DNA of 64,000 nucleotides from Rhizodiscina lignyota (Eukaryota): NCBI GenBank assembly GCA_010015805.1, contig ML978125.1, positions 1,364,001 to 1,428,000 of the forward strand, read 5' to 3'. Shown piece by piece: positions 59,258 to 64,000 of this stretch (position 1 is its first letter; each line of letters starts with the position of its first letter). The notes under the pieces were generated by a model. It saw only the letters and a program-made list of their open reading frames with translations, ran no database searches and was not told where the DNA came from. The position numbers and the translations under genes were made by a program.

Positions 59258-59637
59258 GGCTAAAGTCTTGAGAGTAGAGCTGTCTGTGCAATAGCAAAAC
59301 GGAACACGAAGAGTTTCCGGAAGGTATGCAGCTTTTGCCTGATATCTATTCACGACGCGCTCCAAAGATTAAGTCGCGCGCGCGCCGCGGTTGATTGCCG
59401 GCCAATCTTCGGACCAGAGAGCTTCTTCGGACATCTCGCGACTTCGCTACGGCAATCAAAGCTCTAACGCATCACTCATCACAAATCAACACAACAACCA
59501 CCCTCTATCGGCATCCTAAGCTTCTGGTCGCATAGCTTGACGTCCTTTACTTACGCTTCGACGAAGAACGTTGCCTGGTTAGGCCTTTAAAGTTCCCATT
59601 CTCGAACAAACGCTCTCTAGAGCGCCGCGTAACAACT

Positions 59638-61064
59638 ATGCCTAGTGCCACTGGGCAGAGCTGGGAGAAGTACCAGAAGGAGTTCGCCGACGATGAGGTA
59701 GAAGAAAAGAAGATCACACCGCTCTCCGATGAGTGAGTCTTTCTCTGAGAATCACGATCGCAACGTGATCACCAGCTAACAGAGAATAGGGACATTCAAG
59801 TGCTCAAGACCTATGGCGCGGCACCTTACGCGGCGGAGCTGAAGAAGCTCGAGAAGGAGATCAAGGACAAGCAGACGAGTGTGAACGAGAAGATCGGGGT
59901 CAAGGAGTCAGATACCGGCCTTGCCCCCCCTCATCTCTGGGACATCGCTGCAGACAGACAACGAATGTCGGAGGAGCAACCACTTCAAGTGGCGCGGTGT
60001 ACTAAGATAATACAAGATGAGAAGGACCCAGAGAAGAGCAAATATGTCATCAACGTCAAACAAATCGCCAAGTTTGTCGTTAATTTGGGCGAGCGCGTCA
60101 GTCCAACGGACATCGAAGAGGGCATGCGCGTTGGGTATGTACTGAACTGCGATAGTCTATCAACCTATACTGATCTTACGCTAGTGTCGACCGTAACAAG
60201 TACCAAATCCTCCTACCGCTGCCGCCGAAGATCGACCCTAGTGTGACGATGATGACGGTCGAAGACAAGCCCGATGTGACATATGGAGATGTCGGTGGAT
60301 GCAAAGATCAGATCGAGAAGCTTAGAGAAGTCGTCGAAATGCCTTTGCTATCACCAGAGCGCTTTGTCAACCTCGGTATTGATCCGCCAAAGGGTGCTCT
60401 GCTCTATGGACCCCCTGGAACTGGCAAGACGCTGTGCGCAAGAGCTGTCGCGAACCGAACCGACGCAACCTTCATCCGTGTTATTGGTAGCGAGCTGGTC
60501 CAGAAGTATGTTGGCGAAGGTGCAAGGATGGTTCGAGAACTTTTCGAGATGGCTCGAACGAAGAAGGCATGCATCATCTTCTTCGACGAAGTTGATGCTA
60601 TTGGTGGCGCTCGTTTCGATGATGGTGCAGGAGGCGACAATGAAGTCCAGAGGACTATGCTTGAACTCATCACACAACTTGATGGCTTCGACTCGAGAGG
60701 AAACATCAAGGTCATGTTCGCAACTAACAGACCATCTACTCTGGATCCTGCGCTCATGCGTCCTGGTCGTATCGATCGAAAAATCGAATTCTCTCTTCCC
60801 GATATGGAAGGCCGCGCCAACATCCTCCGCATTCACGCAAAGAGCATGTCAGTGGAACGAGACATCAGATGGGAGCTCATCTCTCGTCTGTGCCCCAACT
60901 CTACTGGCGCAGAGCTTAGAAGTGTTGCTACAGAGGCCGGCATGTTCGCCATTCGCGCAAGGAGAAAGGTGGCTACGGAGAAAGATTTCCTGGCAGCGGT
61001 GGACAAGGTGATCAAGGGCAACTTGAAGTTCAACTCTACCGCGACTTACATGCAGTACAATTAG
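59638..61064 (+). CDS. RPT1: 26S proteasome AAA-ATPase subunit Rpt1 (regulatory subunit 7)
   Basis: [16 protein letters not shown], Walker A GPPGTGKT, Walker [18 protein letters not shown]-terminal YMQYN; two introns. Confidence 0.97.
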
Positions 61065-61401
61065 AGGGCGAGGCTTCTTGTTCAATGTAAATTTAGACTC
61101 AGCATCAGCGGGCGTAAGGGCGGCTTCGGCAGATATTTCCTGTAGCAGTATCATGCTCAAGAACCGCTTTTGAAGTTGGATCAATCCAGCCTGCTATCGA
61201 GACGTTGCTTCCTAATTAATATTTCAAGAATGGACGAATCAAACGGCGCATAAATGTAATGGCGACCTGAATCATCACTTTGCAGGGGGCCTCGGCTGCA
61301 AGCTTCATCAAGCGGAACCACCCGCCGAGCAACCCTTCCACTCTTGTGACGCTCCATTGAACCACAACAATTGCCTCTCTGCTGCTCGCGTACTTCTAGA
61401 T

Positions 61402-63676
61402 ATGGCGTCACTTGGGCTACGGCGCTTCGCCAATGCGCGCAAGGTATGTACATGCCTGTTTAGACCGTTCTCTTCTCATTGTGGGCGCCGGAGCACCCCC
61501 CGCCATGAGGTGTAGCCCTCACGCCACAATGTATAAACTGCATTTCCACTCGAACGATTATGTAGATGCTAACTACCTATTCAAACTACATAGCTCTCAA
61601 ACTCAGTCCGCTCCAGCTGTCGCCAGTTCTCCTCCAGTACGCCGCGCGCACGCATCATTAGCAGCCAACCACTTCGCGCGAGAGAAACCGCACACCCTGC
61701 TACATACCAATACCCCGTTATAGACCATGAGTACGATGCCATTGTCGTTGGTGCTGGTGGCTCAGGCCTGCGAGCGGCTTTTGGTCTGGCAGAGGCAGGG
61801 TTCAATACGGCTTGTATCAGCAAGCTGTTCCCCACGAGAAGTCACACAGTCGCTGCTCAAGGTGGTATCAATGCTGCGCTAGGAAAGTGAGTGGACCTTG
61901 ATCTGTCGAAGGAGCGGTTTTGGGCATCAGTCAATTGAATGGACTGCTAACAATTGGCATGGAACAGCATGCACGAGGACGACTGGAGATGGCACATGTA
62001 TGATACTGTGAAGGGTTCCGACTGGCTGGGCGATCAAGATGCCATCCACTACATGACAAGAGAAGCACCGCAATCCGTTATCGAACTCGAGAACTACGGC
62101 TGTCCTTTCTCGAGAACAGAGGACGGAAAGATGTGAGGTTTAACAGTACTAGTCATATACATGTCTTACTGACCACAAGAGCAGCTACCAGCGAGCCTTT
62201 GGCGGCCAATCTCAGAAGTTCGGCAAAGGTGGACAGGCCTACCGTTGCTGCGCTGCTGCTGATAGAACCGGTCACGCTCTCTTGCACACTTTATACGGTC
62301 AATCCCTCCGTCACAACACCAAGTACTTCATCGAGTTCTTCGCAACCGACCTGATAATGGAAGATGGCGTCTGCAAGGGTGTCATCGCGTACAACCAGGA
62401 GGACGGTACTCTGCACCGATTCCACGCACACAATACCGTGCTCGCCACTGGAGGATACGGACGAACATATTTCAGCTGCACATCTGCGCATACTTGCACT
62501 GGTGATGGTATGGCAATGGTTGCACGTGCGGGCCTTCCGAATCAGGATCTTGAGTTCGTCCAGTTCCATCCCACTGGTATCTACGGTGCCGGATGCCTCA
62601 TCACAGAAGGCTCTCGTGGTGAGGGAGGCTACCTCCTGAACAGTGAGGGTGAGCGCTTCATGGAACGTTATGCACCAACTGCCAAGGATCTTGCCTCCCG
62701 TGATGTCGTCTCCCGATCGATGACAATGGAGATCCGCGAGGGTCGCGGAGTCGGACCAGACAAGGACCACATCTACCTCCAGCTCAGCCATCTTCCACCA
62801 GAAATCCTCCATGAGCGTCTACCTGGTATCTCAGAGACAGCATCCATCTTCTCAGGCGTTGACGTCACGAAACAGCCCATCCCCGTGCTGCCAACCGTGC
62901 ACTACAACATGGGTGGCATCCCGACCCGCTACACCGGCGAAGTCCTCACGCAAGACGAAACCGGCAAGGACCAAGTCGTTCCCGGCCTCTTCGCCTGCGG
63001 CGAGGCAGCCTGCGTCTCCGTACACGGTGCAAACCGCCTAGGAGCAAACTCCCTTCTCGATCTGATCGTCTTCGGCCGCGCAGTCTCCCACACCATCCGC
63101 GACAACTTCTCCCCCGGCCAGCCGCACAAAGAACTTGCGCCAGACGCCGGCGCCGAGAGCATCAGCATCATCGACCAGCTCCGCACGGCGGACGGCCCGA
63201 AGAGCACAGCAGATATCAGGATGGCAATGCAGAGGACCATGCAGACGGACGTGAGCGTGTTCCGCACACAGGAATCCTTGGACGAGGGCGTCAAGAAGAT
63301 CCGCGAGGTGGATCAGACATTCGCCGACGTGGGCACTAAGGATAGGAGCATGATTTGGAATAGCGATCTTACTGAGACGCTTGAGTTGAGGAACCTTTTG
63401 ACTTGCGCGTGAGTCCCCCCACCCTGTGATTTCGAACAGGAAACTAAGACGAATAGTGTGCAAACCGCCGAAGCAGCAGCAGTCCGTACGGAGTCCCGCG
63501 GTGCCCATGCACGTGAAGATTTCCCCGAGCGCGACGATGTGAACTGGATGAAGCACACGCTCACGTGGCAGAAGGCGCCGCATGGTAAGGTTGACATTAA
63601 GTACCGTGCGGTAACGGGCCACACACTGGATGAGAATGAGTGCAAAGCGGTTCCGCCGTTCAAGCGGACGTACTAA
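61402..63676 (+). CDS. SDH1: Succinate dehydrogenase flavoprotein subunit, mitochondrial
   Basis: [28 protein letters not shown] (FAD-His), [31 protein letters not shown]; four introns. Confidence 0.98.
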
Positions 63677-64000
63677 ATCCTGTTCCTGTTTCGTGGAGGT
63701 GCGAGCTGGTGGGAAAATTGTACGTATATAGTTAGCACGAGACATGGCGTTTTGCAAAGACGCGAAGCAAATGTAAATGACTTTGACTCCAATTTGTCGA
63801 AGGTGTCACAGTGATTGTGGAAACGATGAGTTGTGATTCTCGTGATGCAGTGGCATTTTTCTTGTTATGTCTGGATGCTAACTAACTACATCCATCACAC
63901 CATGCTTCATGCATAGACGCCACCCAATAGCAAAATGCCTGAGAATCTTCGAACTTCGCAAAAGAAAGGTAGAGTGACAAGCCTACACAGCAACAGCCAG

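Overview
Gene-dense, intron-containing genomic DNA of a filamentous ascomycete (Pezizomycotina), judged from short GT-AG introns with CTRAC branch sites and PalC, FlbB and Rax2 orthologues. About 30 protein-coding loci can be reconstructed by hand-splicing. Conserved genes (PLA2-like, HAPSTR1-like, CE16 esterase, SEC9, RAX2, LanC-like, OGG1, U2AF large subunit, APC permease, TLC protein, flbB, palC, FMN hydroxy-acid oxidase, CCT4, RPT1, SDH1) alternate with small accessory blocks. Two blocks stand out. (1) 33.1-34.2 kb: a secreted, Kex2-cleavable precursor with two PNC-x8/9-C cores sits head-to-head with a UstYa/DUF3328 oxidase, i.e. a dikaritin/KEP-type RiPP locus, though the oxidase looks damaged. 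(2) 14.7-19.7 kb: a DUF6594 membrane protein is flanked by two stand-alone retropepsin-like genes, one with an intact DSG motif and one degenerate, a candidate protease-gated membrane/defence module. Other observations: a duplicated 3' splice site creating a poison isoform in U2AF large subunit, alternative N- and C-termini in flbB, a signal-peptide-bearing SET protein, an F-box-like gene broken by one TGA, and two Cys-rich secreted proteins. No tRNA, rRNA, CRISPR array or intact transposon was recognised. All family calls are motif recognition by eye; no searches were run.
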